A stretch of DNA of 60,560 nucleotides from an uncultured delta proteobacterium (GTDB taxonomy: Bacteria; Bdellovibrionota_C; UBA2361; OMII01). Location: positions 1-60,560 of the forward strand of contig CAIXKI010000169.1 in assembly GCA_903920005.1 (NCBI GenBank). Reading direction: 5' to 3'. How positions within the stretch are numbered: the stretch's first letter is position 1; the number at the start of each line of letters is the position of its first letter. A program made the position numbers and the translations under genes. Under the pieces are notes generated by a model, which had not been told where the DNA came from, did no database searches, and worked only from the letters and a program-made list of their open reading frames with translations. Below, piece by piece: positions 44,349-53,307 of this stretch.

Positions 44349-45074
44349 TTAGTGAATCTTAGGCTTTAAATCCTCGTCGTCGCGGGAGCCTTTGACCACG
44401 CGTAGGCCCGAGCGATTTTTGAGGCGCTTTAACTTCCAGTTGTAATAGGAGAGTTCGATCTTGCCCTTAACCTCTGTAAGATCAAACCAACGTCGACGAT
44501 ACATATATGAATACGTAAAGAGCGCTGCGAAGAGATCTGGTAGGACGAGGAGGAAGCTACTGAACACGCCTGTGAGGACAACAAAACCAAGACCAATCAA
44601 CGCGAACGTTTTGCCTTGTATCGGCGCCCCCCAAAAATTCAGGAGTTGTCCCGAGTAGGCGGCTCGCAATCCGAACGCGATCCAGATCGTTGTAATGAGA
44701 GAGGACGCGCCGTGATAGGGGACGTCGTAGAGTCCCGGGATAATGGCGAAGAATAGTAACGTGAAGAGCTCCGCGAGGAGCGGGATGCCAAGAATCACTT
44801 TGAGGAAACGCTTCCGTCCCCACGATTGCTCAAGCGCTCCGCCGATGCTGTAGATAATAAGAGCGCCGAAGATGATCTCCATCGGACTCACCGCGACCAG
44901 AAGGGCGGTAAAGGGTCGCCATATCTCCAGACCAAAGAGTGTGCGACTCGGCACTAAGAGGAGTAGGGTGTTATTCAGGATCCCTTGGATAACTGATGCC
45001 CCGACAAGAGCGATGGCGAGCTTGTGGGCGGAGCTGTACAGGGAGAGAGAAGGGAGGAGCGAGAATCGTTTCAT
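44349..45074 (-). CDS. Rhomboid-family-like polytopic membrane protein (possibly non-catalytic)
   Basis: EIWRPFTALLV, GGALEQSWGRKRF and YHGASSLITTIWIAFG resemble the rhomboid WR, GxxxE and GxSG blocks. I could not find the TM6 His. Confidence 0.5.
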   Translation of the reverse strand: MKRFSLLPSLSLYSSAHKLAIALVGASVIQGILNNTLLLLVPSRTLFGLEIWRPFTALLVAVSPMEIIFGALIIYSIGGALEQSWGRKRFLKVILGIPLLAELFTLLFFAIIPGLYDVPYHGASSLITTIWIAFGLRAAYSGQLLNFWGAPIQGKTFALIGLGFVVLTGVFSSFLLVLPDLFAALFTYSYMYRRRWFDLTEVKGKIELSYYNWKLKRLKNRSGLRVVKGSRDDEDLKPKIH

Positions 45075-45148
45075 ACGTCCCCTAGTATAGTTGGCTACCC
45101 TCAGGTGGTGCCAGCTACAAATTCCCGTTCATTAAAAGTATCGGCAGG

Positions 45149-45880
45149 TTACTTTGCGTTTTCGCGTAGTTCGCCGCAGTAAAGCAGACACAGCTTTGAG
45201 CATAATTGGCTCACAACCGCGTGGTCCGAAAGAGGCATTCCAAAGATACGATCCTTCATGGGGGGGAATAGGACCATGGACTGGGCAGTCATACCAACGG
45301 AGTAGGTATTGGCGGTAGCGATGAGCCCGATGTCGTGGGTGGTAAGGTTTCCGTACACGGTCCACGATACGTTCTTGAATTCGGGGAGTTCAAATTCGTA
45401 AAACTTGATCGCCTTACCCGTATTCTCGGCGGCAAGAAGATCTCTGGCCACGTTTTGTTCGATTGAAAGATGGTTCAAGGTGGATGGTGTCATTGTGGGG
45501 ATTATATAAGAAGTCGATGCGTAGGCGTAGGGTGAGGGGCTTTTTAGTCTAAAGGACTCTAACTGGCTGGCGGCTGGCACCGGGGTAGTTTCACGGTGTC
45601 GGTATTGGTAGTGCGATCTTGAGATCCAATAGCGGCGGTCAGTGAACGATTGCGTCCATCCTACTTCATTAAATCGTCCCCAGGCCCTTAGCGCCGAGTC
45701 GACGATAGCAAGTAATTTCGGCCGCCCCGCACTATCAATTATTGTACTTAACTTTGAAACGTAGAGTGCCCCATTCGGATATACCGATCGGATGAAGCCA
45801 GTCTTGATGAAAAGCGGACCCCAGCGGAGAAAAAAGCTTTCTCTACGGCTGAAGTCCGCAAGCTGGTGAACATGCTTCAC
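45149..45880 (-). CDS. Hypothetical protein (243 aa)
   Basis: ORF only. Confidence 0.5.
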   Translation of the reverse strand: MKHVHQLADFSRRESFFLRWGPLFIKTGFIRSVYPNGALYVSKLSTIIDSAGRPKLLAIVDSALRAWGRFNEVGWTQSFTDRRYWISRSHYQYRHRETTPVPAASQLESFRLKSPSPYAYASTSYIIPTMTPSTLNHLSIEQNVARDLLAAENTGKAIKFYEFELPEFKNVSWTVYGNLTTHDIGLIATANTYSVGMTAQSMVLFPPMKDRIFGMPLSDHAVVSQLCSKLCLLYCGELRENAK

Positions 45881-45942
45881 AAGCGATCAGGACGCGCCAA
45901 CACCTACATTGATGCTCTGCGAAGGGAGTGATTTCTCAACTC

Positions 45943-46140
45943 TTAGCCAGCAATGTCTGTTGAAAGAACGGTGAATTTGTCGCTAATGGTGGTTCCTAGA
46001 TTTGATACCGCGGTGATACACGCAACCGCGATCAGTGCCACAAGAAGGCTATACTCAACGAGAGAGGCGCCTCGCTCTCGATTCCCTTTAAAATCATGTG
46101 AGTTGTCAGAGTTGGAATTAGCAGTGCTTTCATTCAACAT
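45943..46140 (-). CDS. flp: Flp/Fap-family type IVb prepilin
   Basis: RERGASLVEYSLLVALIAVACITAVSNLGTTISDKF carries the G/xxxxEY processing motif and a hydrophobic helix. 65 aa. Confidence 0.8.
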   Translation of the reverse strand: MLNESTANSNSDNSHDFKGNRERGASLVEYSLLVALIAVACITAVSNLGTTISDKFTVLSTDIAG

Positions 46141-46611
46141 AACCTTCTCCTTATTTAACCTCTAGACACAGGAAGATCGCTTTCTCCTGTACAGAATAAG
46201 GTTGTGGCATCCCGTCAAAAAGTGTGCGCTGAGCGAATGCTTTTTTTCGCGCTCACGGTATGCAACACCATCTACGCCAAGGAGCATCTGGCAAATCGAT
46301 CGCTAATACTCCCGTTATGTGTGGCTTTTGAGGAAGCCTTCCGATGTACCAACACGTTGGTGACGGATAGTACGATAAAGACACTTTCTATAAATGGCTC
46401 GTCTGCCGAAGCAGAGGCTGAAGGAAGGCCCCAAGGGGTCGTTTTTTTTACGACTGAACTATCATGCCAAATAAAGTGTGAGTGTTGGGTAGGAGCGTTG
46501 GTCGAGCTGGTCTAGAGCGCGGGTAGATAACAGTAGGCGGGCGCGCTGTTCAGAGCTTTGGCGGCTGGGTGCCTATCCCCCTAGATGTATTGATAGTTTT
46601 GGGGCTCCAAC

Positions 46612-46621
46612 GGGGGGGGGG
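46612..46621. repeat. Homopolymeric G10 tract
   Basis: Read directly. Intergenic, about 240 bp upstream of 46858. Confidence 0.95.
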
Positions 46622-46857
46622 AGCGTAGAACGTCGAAATGCGTGGTAGGAATTATGTGTGCGCTTTTGCATGAGCGCACATCCGCAAGGAGGCTTTTTGG
46701 GTAAGAATTGGACTCAATTTGCTAAGATCAAATGGTCGTCAGGGGGCTAGTGTGACGGGTGATCCGTATCAGCTGCGACATTTTGTCGCAGTGATTTTTC
46801 TTAAGAGGGCGCTTACGATGCGCGGCACAATAAGCAAAGAAAGTATGGTGGCCTCGA

Positions 46858-47445
46858 ATGTTTTGTAAATCTTCATCCTCCCCACAGGATAATTCTTCTG
46901 CGGGAACCGCTCCTTCAAGTCCGTTGAGAGGGGAGTCTTATGACCTCTCAACCTGGTCCTTTAGCGATCGCTTGAAAAAGCTTGCGGTAGTTGGAGGAAT
47001 CGCAATGAGTCCTCATATCTTGTGCCTGCTCGGTGGCGGAGGTTTAGTAGGAGGCGGATTCGCCGTGTTAAACTGGTGCGCACATCATTCTTCAGAGCAA
47101 AAAACTAGCGTCGCCCTCACTCGAATGCCTAAGATACCAGTTGATTTTGCTGATTTCTCCGAGGCACGGAGTCGTCAGGCCGCTACTTGTCTTATTACGG
47201 CAGAGCCGGGGTTTCTTCGAATCATTGCTTCTAAGCAGCGTGAGGCTGACGGAAAAGAAATTAAGCTAGCGTTTCTCGAAAACAGTGAGGATGGCCGAGT
47301 TGCCGTAGTCGTCTGCAAAGAGGGAAGTTTGTGTCCCTGTTCAAAGCCGGAGGCTTTTGAGGTGGGGCACAAAGTAGACCTTGCGGCTCCTGAACGATTT
47401 CAGGGACAACATGCAATTTTGAAAGCGCTGTACGGTAGCGAATAG
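46858..47445 (+). CDS. Hypothetical membrane-anchored protein (195 aa)
   Basis: ORF with one Gly-rich hydrophobic helix (VVGGIAMSPHILCLLGGGGLVGGGFAVL). Confidence 0.5.
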   Translation: MFCKSSSSPQDNSSAGTAPSSPLRGESYDLSTWSFSDRLKKLAVVGGIAMSPHILCLLGGGGLVGGGFAVLNWCAHHSSEQKTSVALTRMPKIPVDFADFSEARSRQAATCLITAEPGFLRIIASKQREADGKEIKLAFLENSEDGRVAVVVCKEGSLCPCSKPEAFEVGHKVDLAAPERFQGQHAILKALYGSE

Positions 47446-47461
47446 TGTTGATTGTGAAGTG

Positions 47462-48721
47462 ATGGATCGTCGAAATGAAATAAGGTTGCTGTGGTTATCC
47501 CGCATTCGATGGGCGGCGCTCGCGGCCTATTTCATTGTTTCCGCATTTGCGGTGTTTTTCTTTGAAGTGGATATTCCGCTGGTGCCGATAGGTCTAATTC
47601 TCCTGCTTGGTGCCGTGTCGAATGTGCTTCTCGCTCGGATGCCGTTGCGCTTGAGTGCAATGAGCGACTCGTTAGCGGGCGCGATGATCTCTCTCGATGT
47701 GCTGCTCCTAACCGCGATACTTTATTTCTGTGGTGGCTACACCAACCCGTTCTGTATGATGTTTCTGGCGCACGTCGCTCTCGCCGCGTTTTTTCTGAAT
47801 GCGCGATGGACCTGGGGGGTTTTCGGTATCGCCTCCGCCGCTTTTATCTTTCTCTTCTTCTTTCATGTGCCGGTCTCTCAGTTCTCCATGCATAAGCACC
47901 ACGGTATGGATAGCGGCTTTTCTCTCCATCTTCACGGCATGTTTATCGCGTATTTCGTGATCGGGCTTATTCTGGCCGCGTTTCTAACCCGGATGAGTGA
48001 GGAGATTGACACGCAAGCGAGGGAAATTGACGAGTTGCGGAGTCGCGAACAATTGGAACGCAATTTAAGGGGATTGGCGACGTTAACGGCCGGAGCCGCT
48101 CACGAGCTCTCGACGCCACTCGGGACATTAACTCTTATAGGCGAGGAGCTCTCTCGTGCCCTCAAGGGCAAGCCAGAGTTCAACGATGATATTGTGATGA
48201 TGCAGGAACAGCTTCAGCGATGCGCTTCCATCCTTCAAAGGATGAGAGGACAGAGCGCCGAGCTTCAGGGTGAGGCTCCGGTCACGGTGTCGATAGAGAG
48301 TGTATTGCGGGGGGTAGTTGAAGGAGTGTCGAGCCCGTCGGCCCTGGGGATACGGTGCGACATCACGGCATCTCGACAACTTTACACGCTTCAGGATTCG
48401 CTACTCTCCTCTCTTCGGGCCCTTGTCAATAACGCGTTTCAGGCCTCCTCTTATAGTGAAACAGTGGAACTGGAGGTAGCGGAGGAGGGAGAGAATGTTG
48501 TTTTTCTGGTTCGTGATTCCGGAGTGGGTATGTCTGAAGAGGTCGTTTCGCGATTGGGGGAGCCGTTTTTTACGACTAAAGAACCAGGTCAAGGAATGGG
48601 GCTTGGTATATTTCTTGTGAAGCTATTTGTTGCGCAGGTAAACGGATCCTTTTCGATTTCGTCCCGGTTGGGTGAGGGAACGGAAGTGTGCATGACGATC
48701 CCGAGGAGTTTTCGCGTATGA
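47462..48721 (+). CDS. Sensor histidine kinase, RegB/PrrB-like topology
   Basis: Six N-terminal TM helices, H-box AAHELSTPLGT, and a HATPase domain (VRDSGVGM, GQGMGLGIFL). Confidence 0.8.
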   Translation: MDRRNEIRLLWLSRIRWAALAAYFIVSAFAVFFFEVDIPLVPIGLILLLGAVSNVLLARMPLRLSAMSDSLAGAMISLDVLLLTAILYFCGGYTNPFCMMFLAHVALAAFFLNARWTWGVFGIASAAFIFLFFFHVPVSQFSMHKHHGMDSGFSLHLHGMFIAYFVIGLILAAFLTRMSEEIDTQAREIDELRSREQLERNLRGLATLTAGAAHELSTPLGTLTLIGEELSRALKGKPEFNDDIVMMQEQLQRCASILQRMRGQSAELQGEAPVTVSIESVLRGVVEGVSSPSALGIRCDITASRQLYTLQDSLLSSLRALVNNAFQASSYSETVELEVAEEGENVVFLVRDSGVGMSEEVVSRLGEPFFTTKEPGQGMGLGIFLVKLFVAQVNGSFSISSRLGEGTEVCMTIPRSFRV

Positions 48722-49239
48722 CCCTCGCCACTCTGAAGCGGTTTCTCGTATGTGATGACGACAATGATTTTCGCCGCCGCCTCGTGCGCTCTCTCCGTGA
48801 CCGAGGCTACGAGGTTTATGAAGCGTTTGGAGCTCAGGAAGGACTGCAGAACGCGATTGAATTCGATGTTCAGGCGGTGATTGTCGATCTGCGGATGCCC
48901 GGCGAGTCGGGGCTTTGGTTGGTGAAGGAGCTCGCGGAGAAGATGCCAACGTGTAAGACCGTTGTTTTAACGGGGTTTGGGAGTATCAACACGGCCCTAG
49001 AAGCCGTTCGCCTTGGGGCAATAAACTATCTGACTAAGCCGGCGCCGGTGGAGAAGATTCTACTCGCCTTTTCTCCTGATTCGCGGGCCGAGAACCTAGA
49101 AGCAACAGCTCCCTCACTCGCTGAAGTGGAGAGCGAATATGTGCATCGTGTCTTGGCCGAGCAGGAGGGAAATGTTTCTTCTGCCGCGAAGATCTTGGGG
49201 GTTCATCGGAGGAGTTTGCAGCGCAAGTTGCGCAAGTAG
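48718..49239 (+). CDS. Response regulator, RegA/ActR-like (REC + Fis-type HTH)
   Basis: The ATG overlaps the kinase stop (ATGA). FLVCDDDNDF, VIVDLRMPGESG, VVLTGFGSI, INYLTKP, and C-terminal AAKILGVHRRSLQRKLRK. Confidence 0.85.
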   Translation: MTLATLKRFLVCDDDNDFRRRLVRSLRDRGYEVYEAFGAQEGLQNAIEFDVQAVIVDLRMPGESGLWLVKELAEKMPTCKTVVLTGFGSINTALEAVRLGAINYLTKPAPVEKILLAFSPDSRAENLEATAPSLAEVESEYVHRVLAEQEGNVSSAAKILGVHRRSLQRKLRK

Positions 49240-49389
49240 GCGAGAAGACGGAGGCGAAGCCCTCTTCTTCTAGATGCAACCTAGTTGCGATTAGAGGGGC
49301 GGTCGGGTATGGTGTTGTCGATCTTGAGGTTAGTGGCCCCTTGGGACGCATATGTCTAAGTAGTCACAGGGTGTAGTGGAAGTATTGTT

Positions 49390-51066
49390 ATGTTACCAAA
49401 GTTAAAAACCATCGAACTGATTCAAAAGAACCCCATAGAGAGGGTGAATGATGTGGAGTTGCTTGTTGTGGGGGGTACGCTCGGTTCGGGGAAGACTACT
49501 TTTATAAAGTCCCTGTTCGAGTCTGGACGCTTTGAGGGGAAAAAAGTCGCTATCGTTAATGGCGACTTCGCCGGCGCGAATATGAAGTGGGAAGGGGTGG
49601 AAGCTCCCGACGTTGATAGGTTTCCGTCATACGCGGAACTCTCAGATATTAAGGGTATTACGAGTGGATGTGTTTGTTGCAAATCTCAGGATGAGTTGGT
49701 TCAAGCCGTCAATCACTTTCTCGGACAAAAAGTCGATACCATCGTAGTCGAATGTTCAGGGGTAACAGATCCGCAACGTGTGCGCCTCGCGCTCTGGGAG
49801 CGCCTCCCCATAAAGACGGTACCTCATGTTGTTGCTCTCGTGAATGCGCAGGTATTTGATCAGGGCACGCCGATGGCGCAGGAGGTCTCGATCCTGTGCG
49901 CAGCTTCGGCAGATAGCGTTGGGATAACTCACGTTAATGAAAATACGAAGGACGGAGAGGCCCTCATTCGAAGCCACGCCGCACAAGGCGTCCGAGTGGG
50001 ATTACTTACTGCCGTCGGCGACGTAAGAACTATTGATAAGGTTCAGATCGACGAGGTGCTCGGCTCTTTCGGTGGAATAGGGAGCCTCTCGATGCCGCGT
50101 TTTGTGGATAGAGAAAGAGATTCGGCTTTCGGGGCCCATCGTGCCAATTACAGCCAACTTGTGGTCGTGCTTCATCCCGGTATCTCTGGTGATGAAATTC
50201 AGAGAGGGCTCGCGGAGGCATCCGTTCAAATATGTCGAGCAAAGGGGGTAGTCTGGGACGATCAGAGGGAATGTGATTTCGATTACATAAATGGCCGCAT
50301 CTCCGTGTCTCCACGCCATGCTGCAAGCGCGATTCTGCCAGGTAGAAGCTGGTTGCGAATTGATGCGGCCACCGCAGATTTAGAGGAGAAGCATGTAGCC
50401 TCAATAGGTATACCGCAGTTTTCGCTCGAGTTTGTTGAACGAGTAGGGGAGGCGTATCACTCGGCGGTTAGTAATCCTTATCAGGCAGCGGAGCCCGAAG
50501 CTGATATCGCCTTCTTTCGAGGAGTGGCGCTCCTAAATGCGCTACCCGCTATTCCAGAAGCGTACTCCGAGGTTCGACGAGACGCATATACAGGCTTTCT
50601 GCTAGCGACCATCGGCTATTCAAAATTCCGGGTGTTCCAGGCGCAGCGGCTTCAGGGAGAGGAGTACGCGAATGATGAGAGGGCGCTTCGAGCGCAAGCG
50701 CTTCTGGGGGTCGATTTGGCGCTTGTTGATCACTCGTTGCCAGCCGAGCCAGCCGAGCGAGCCGCTCTGGAGGATTACTTCGGCCATCTTCAGGAGGTGT
50801 CGGCATCCCGATTGTTCTTCGCTGGGGCTCGTTTATTGGCAGAACCACCCTATATTAATGGAAAAGCTGACCTTGGCGATGAAGCCTTTGCGATCTACGC
50901 AAAGCTGATCAGAAACGGCATAGAGGAAGGATTGGCTCGTCAGCAGATCGTTGAAACGATCGAACATCTGATAGAGCGAGGTACGATGATGAAGGCGTTG
51001 GCGCACGCAAACGCGGAGCTCTCGTGGGCTCAGCGAGGAACTCAACTTTTGGATCTATCGAAGTAG
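49390..51066 (+). CDS. COG0523 (CobW/YjiA-type) G3E GTPase with long C-terminal extension
   Basis: Walker A VGGTLGSGKTTF, metal motif GCVCC, and IVVECSGVTDP. At 558 aa it is much longer than I recall for the family. Confidence 0.75.
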   Translation: MLPKLKTIELIQKNPIERVNDVELLVVGGTLGSGKTTFIKSLFESGRFEGKKVAIVNGDFAGANMKWEGVEAPDVDRFPSYAELSDIKGITSGCVCCKSQDELVQAVNHFLGQKVDTIVVECSGVTDPQRVRLALWERLPIKTVPHVVALVNAQVFDQGTPMAQEVSILCAASADSVGITHVNENTKDGEALIRSHAAQGVRVGLLTAVGDVRTIDKVQIDEVLGSFGGIGSLSMPRFVDRERDSAFGAHRANYSQLVVVLHPGISGDEIQRGLAEASVQICRAKGVVWDDQRECDFDYINGRISVSPRHAASAILPGRSWLRIDAATADLEEKHVASIGIPQFSLEFVERVGEAYHSAVSNPYQAAEPEADIAFFRGVALLNALPAIPEAYSEVRRDAYTGFLLATIGYSKFRVFQAQRLQGEEYANDERALRAQALLGVDLALVDHSLPAEPAERAALEDYFGHLQEVSASRLFFAGARLLAEPPYINGKADLGDEAFAIYAKLIRNGIEEGLARQQIVETIEHLIERGTMMKALAHANAELSWAQRGTQLLDLSK

Positions 51067-51069
51067 GTT

Positions 51070-53250
51070 ATGCCCGGCGATCTCTCTCAAGGATGTGGCG
51101 CGAATTGTAATTGCGACCTCAAGGCGGAGACGATGGGCAAGGTCGCCGCTGAGATAGGTCGAGGTGCTGATGCCCTCGCCGTTTTGAGCAAAGCGAAAAA
51201 GTTCGACTTCGGAAAGCCTCCGGGACCGAGCGCTGGAGCTCTTTCTGAGATGGCTAAGTCACCGCCGGGCTTAGGCACTGGAGGCGCCGGCCGGTTAGAG
51301 GGCAATAAGGGTCCTGTGCAAGGCCCTGCTGCGGCCTTCACGGCAGCACCTCCGGTAAACGCAAACTTTCGAACTGAGTCTCCTCAACCGATCCAAGCCA
51401 AAGTGATTGCGACACCGCCGCAGGGATCCAGTATGGATGCAGGCAGTAGGTCGCAAGGTGCGCCTGTGAATCGTACAATGACGCCACCCTTGCAGAGTGT
51501 GGCGAACGCCGCGACTGGAGCTGTTAAAATAGAGGCGCCGCTACCGTCACAGGGTAAAGGAGGCGCGGTCTCTCAGCAGGGAGTAGGTCCCGAAGCGTCA
51601 CCTATCAAGGCTTCTCCTTCCGGGTCCCGAGTCGGCGGAGGTGTCTCTGGGCATTCCTCTACCACTCCATCACCAGAGCGATCCGCTGCTCGCGGCGGCG
51701 AGGCTGCGTTGCGACCCGCAAGTTTGGAGACATCTGGGGGAGTCTCTCGGTCGGAAACGAAGAGTGTTGTTTCTACGGCAGACGCGAAGCGTGAGGGTTC
51801 TTCAAAAGGCACGGCGATCGGCGAGAATGTTCGGCTTTCGCAAGACTCCCCGTCTTCGTCGCGTGCGTCACCTAATGCTGGGGCGCCTTTGTTGGAGCGA
51901 AAGACAGGGTATATAGGTTGGCAAACCGATCGAATGACGACAGGCTCAGAAGTCGCAAGGACGAGTGTGGGTGATCGAGGGAACTCCAGGGAGGCTGTTA
52001 GCTTGAATGCATCGACTCCGGATTCTCGTCGAACCGTCAGTGCTAGTGCGCGTGCAGAATCCTCTACGTCTGCGCAGAGTAGCCGGGAGGCTCGAAAGCA
52101 GGATGTTTTAGAAAGGGAAAGTTCTGGGTCCCCGAGAGGCTCGTTGCCTCGAGAGCAAGGAGAGCGCTTGTCGGCGTCAAGAGTACCTGAATCTCGCCGA
52201 GTAGAGCGAGGAGTCAATGTGGAGCGTGTTTCGGGAGCTCCGACGCAGGGGCTAGAGAAGGGGGGTGTGCCAACAAAGGTTGTGGGTGCGACCCCTTCAA
52301 ATCAGGAACGTTTGGTAAAGATAGGTGTCACTACAGGTTCATCCCAAGAGAGGGGTGCTAGCGCTGCGATGAGGTCTTTAGGGGGAGCGGCTCCTCGCAC
52401 GACGCCACAGAATAGTATTCAAACGGTGCGTGGCGCATTGGGTGCTGGATTCGAAAAAGCAGCTACTCGTGCGGCGCCGTCGACTGAAACAACACCGACA
52501 CGCGCAGCTTCAAATCGAGAGCAGGTAAGGTCGCAGAGAGATAGTGGCCGCAGTTTTGACAAGGGGCGCACTGATTCCAGGTCGGCTGAGTCCCGACAGG
52601 GTGCCAAGGAAGGGCTCAGAGAATCCTCTGGTCTAAGGGGGCGGTTTCGTCCACCGGTTGAGGCTGTCGCTCGGCGAAGTAAGGGAGGTCCAGGCATCAA
52701 CAAGGATCGATCGGCCGTTCGTACTAAAGTTCGAGAGTCGAGGCAGCGTCTTTCTTCCAAGAGAGAGACCCTCGAGACGCGGCGGCTATCGATATTGAAG
52801 CGAGTTGACAAAATTCTCCGGAGAGCGATTCCGAACATCAGAAAATCCGGCCTTGAGTCTCATCTTATGCAACTTGACCTAGCAACTCGCGTCATGGAGC
52901 TTCTCGAAGTAGAGGATTTTCCTGGTGTGTCAGGCTTGCGACCCCGTCGATTTCGTTATCCCGTTCGAGGAAAGGGGCAAAAGCGGAGGGATATAAAAGC
53001 AGAGGAGCAGAAGGCTCGAGACCTGGCACGTAAAGATAAGCAGAAGAAGCAAGCCGGCGTAGAAAGAAAAGGTATCGAGATCTCGGCAGCTATTGGTTCT
53101 AAGCTCGGATCAAAAACGGGCGCCCAGCAAAAAGGCACCAGTTCTAAAAATAATGAGCCGGTAAAGCGATTGGATATCTTTCAGTCGAAAGTAGATGATG
53201 AAGACGACACCGACAAAGATGCTCTGGGAGAATCTTTCGCGAATTTCTAG
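51070..53250 (+). CDS. Low-complexity Ser/Arg/Gly/Ala/Pro-rich protein (726 aa) with N-terminal CGANCNC motif
   Basis: A 2.2-kb open frame starting 3 nt after the GTPase stop. Basic C-terminal region and an acidic tail DDEDDTDKD. Confidence 0.65.
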   Translation: MPGDLSQGCGANCNCDLKAETMGKVAAEIGRGADALAVLSKAKKFDFGKPPGPSAGALSEMAKSPPGLGTGGAGRLEGNKGPVQGPAAAFTAAPPVNANFRTESPQPIQAKVIATPPQGSSMDAGSRSQGAPVNRTMTPPLQSVANAATGAVKIEAPLPSQGKGGAVSQQGVGPEASPIKASPSGSRVGGGVSGHSSTTPSPERSAARGGEAALRPASLETSGGVSRSETKSVVSTADAKREGSSKGTAIGENVRLSQDSPSSSRASPNAGAPLLERKTGYIGWQTDRMTTGSEVARTSVGDRGNSREAVSLNASTPDSRRTVSASARAESSTSAQSSREARKQDVLERESSGSPRGSLPREQGERLSASRVPESRRVERGVNVERVSGAPTQGLEKGGVPTKVVGATPSNQERLVKIGVTTGSSQERGASAAMRSLGGAAPRTTPQNSIQTVRGALGAGFEKAATRAAPSTETTPTRAASNREQVRSQRDSGRSFDKGRTDSRSAESRQGAKEGLRESSGLRGRFRPPVEAVARRSKGGPGINKDRSAVRTKVRESRQRLSSKRETLETRRLSILKRVDKILRRAIPNIRKSGLESHLMQLDLATRVMELLEVEDFPGVSGLRPRRFRYPVRGKGQKRRDIKAEEQKARDLARKDKQKKQAGVERKGIEISAAIGSKLGSKTGAQQKGTSSKNNEPVKRLDIFQSKVDDEDDTDKDALGESFANF

Positions 53251-53307
53251 CTCTGAGTAGGGGAGTCGTGTTTGCTGCCCGTTGGGGCGAAAATACCAAA
53301 GCTGCGG

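Noticed and set aside
51573-52217. 214-aa minus-strand ORF, plus 52419-52838
   Set aside because: They are antisense to the 726-aa low-complexity gene. Long antisense frames are expected from its biased composition.
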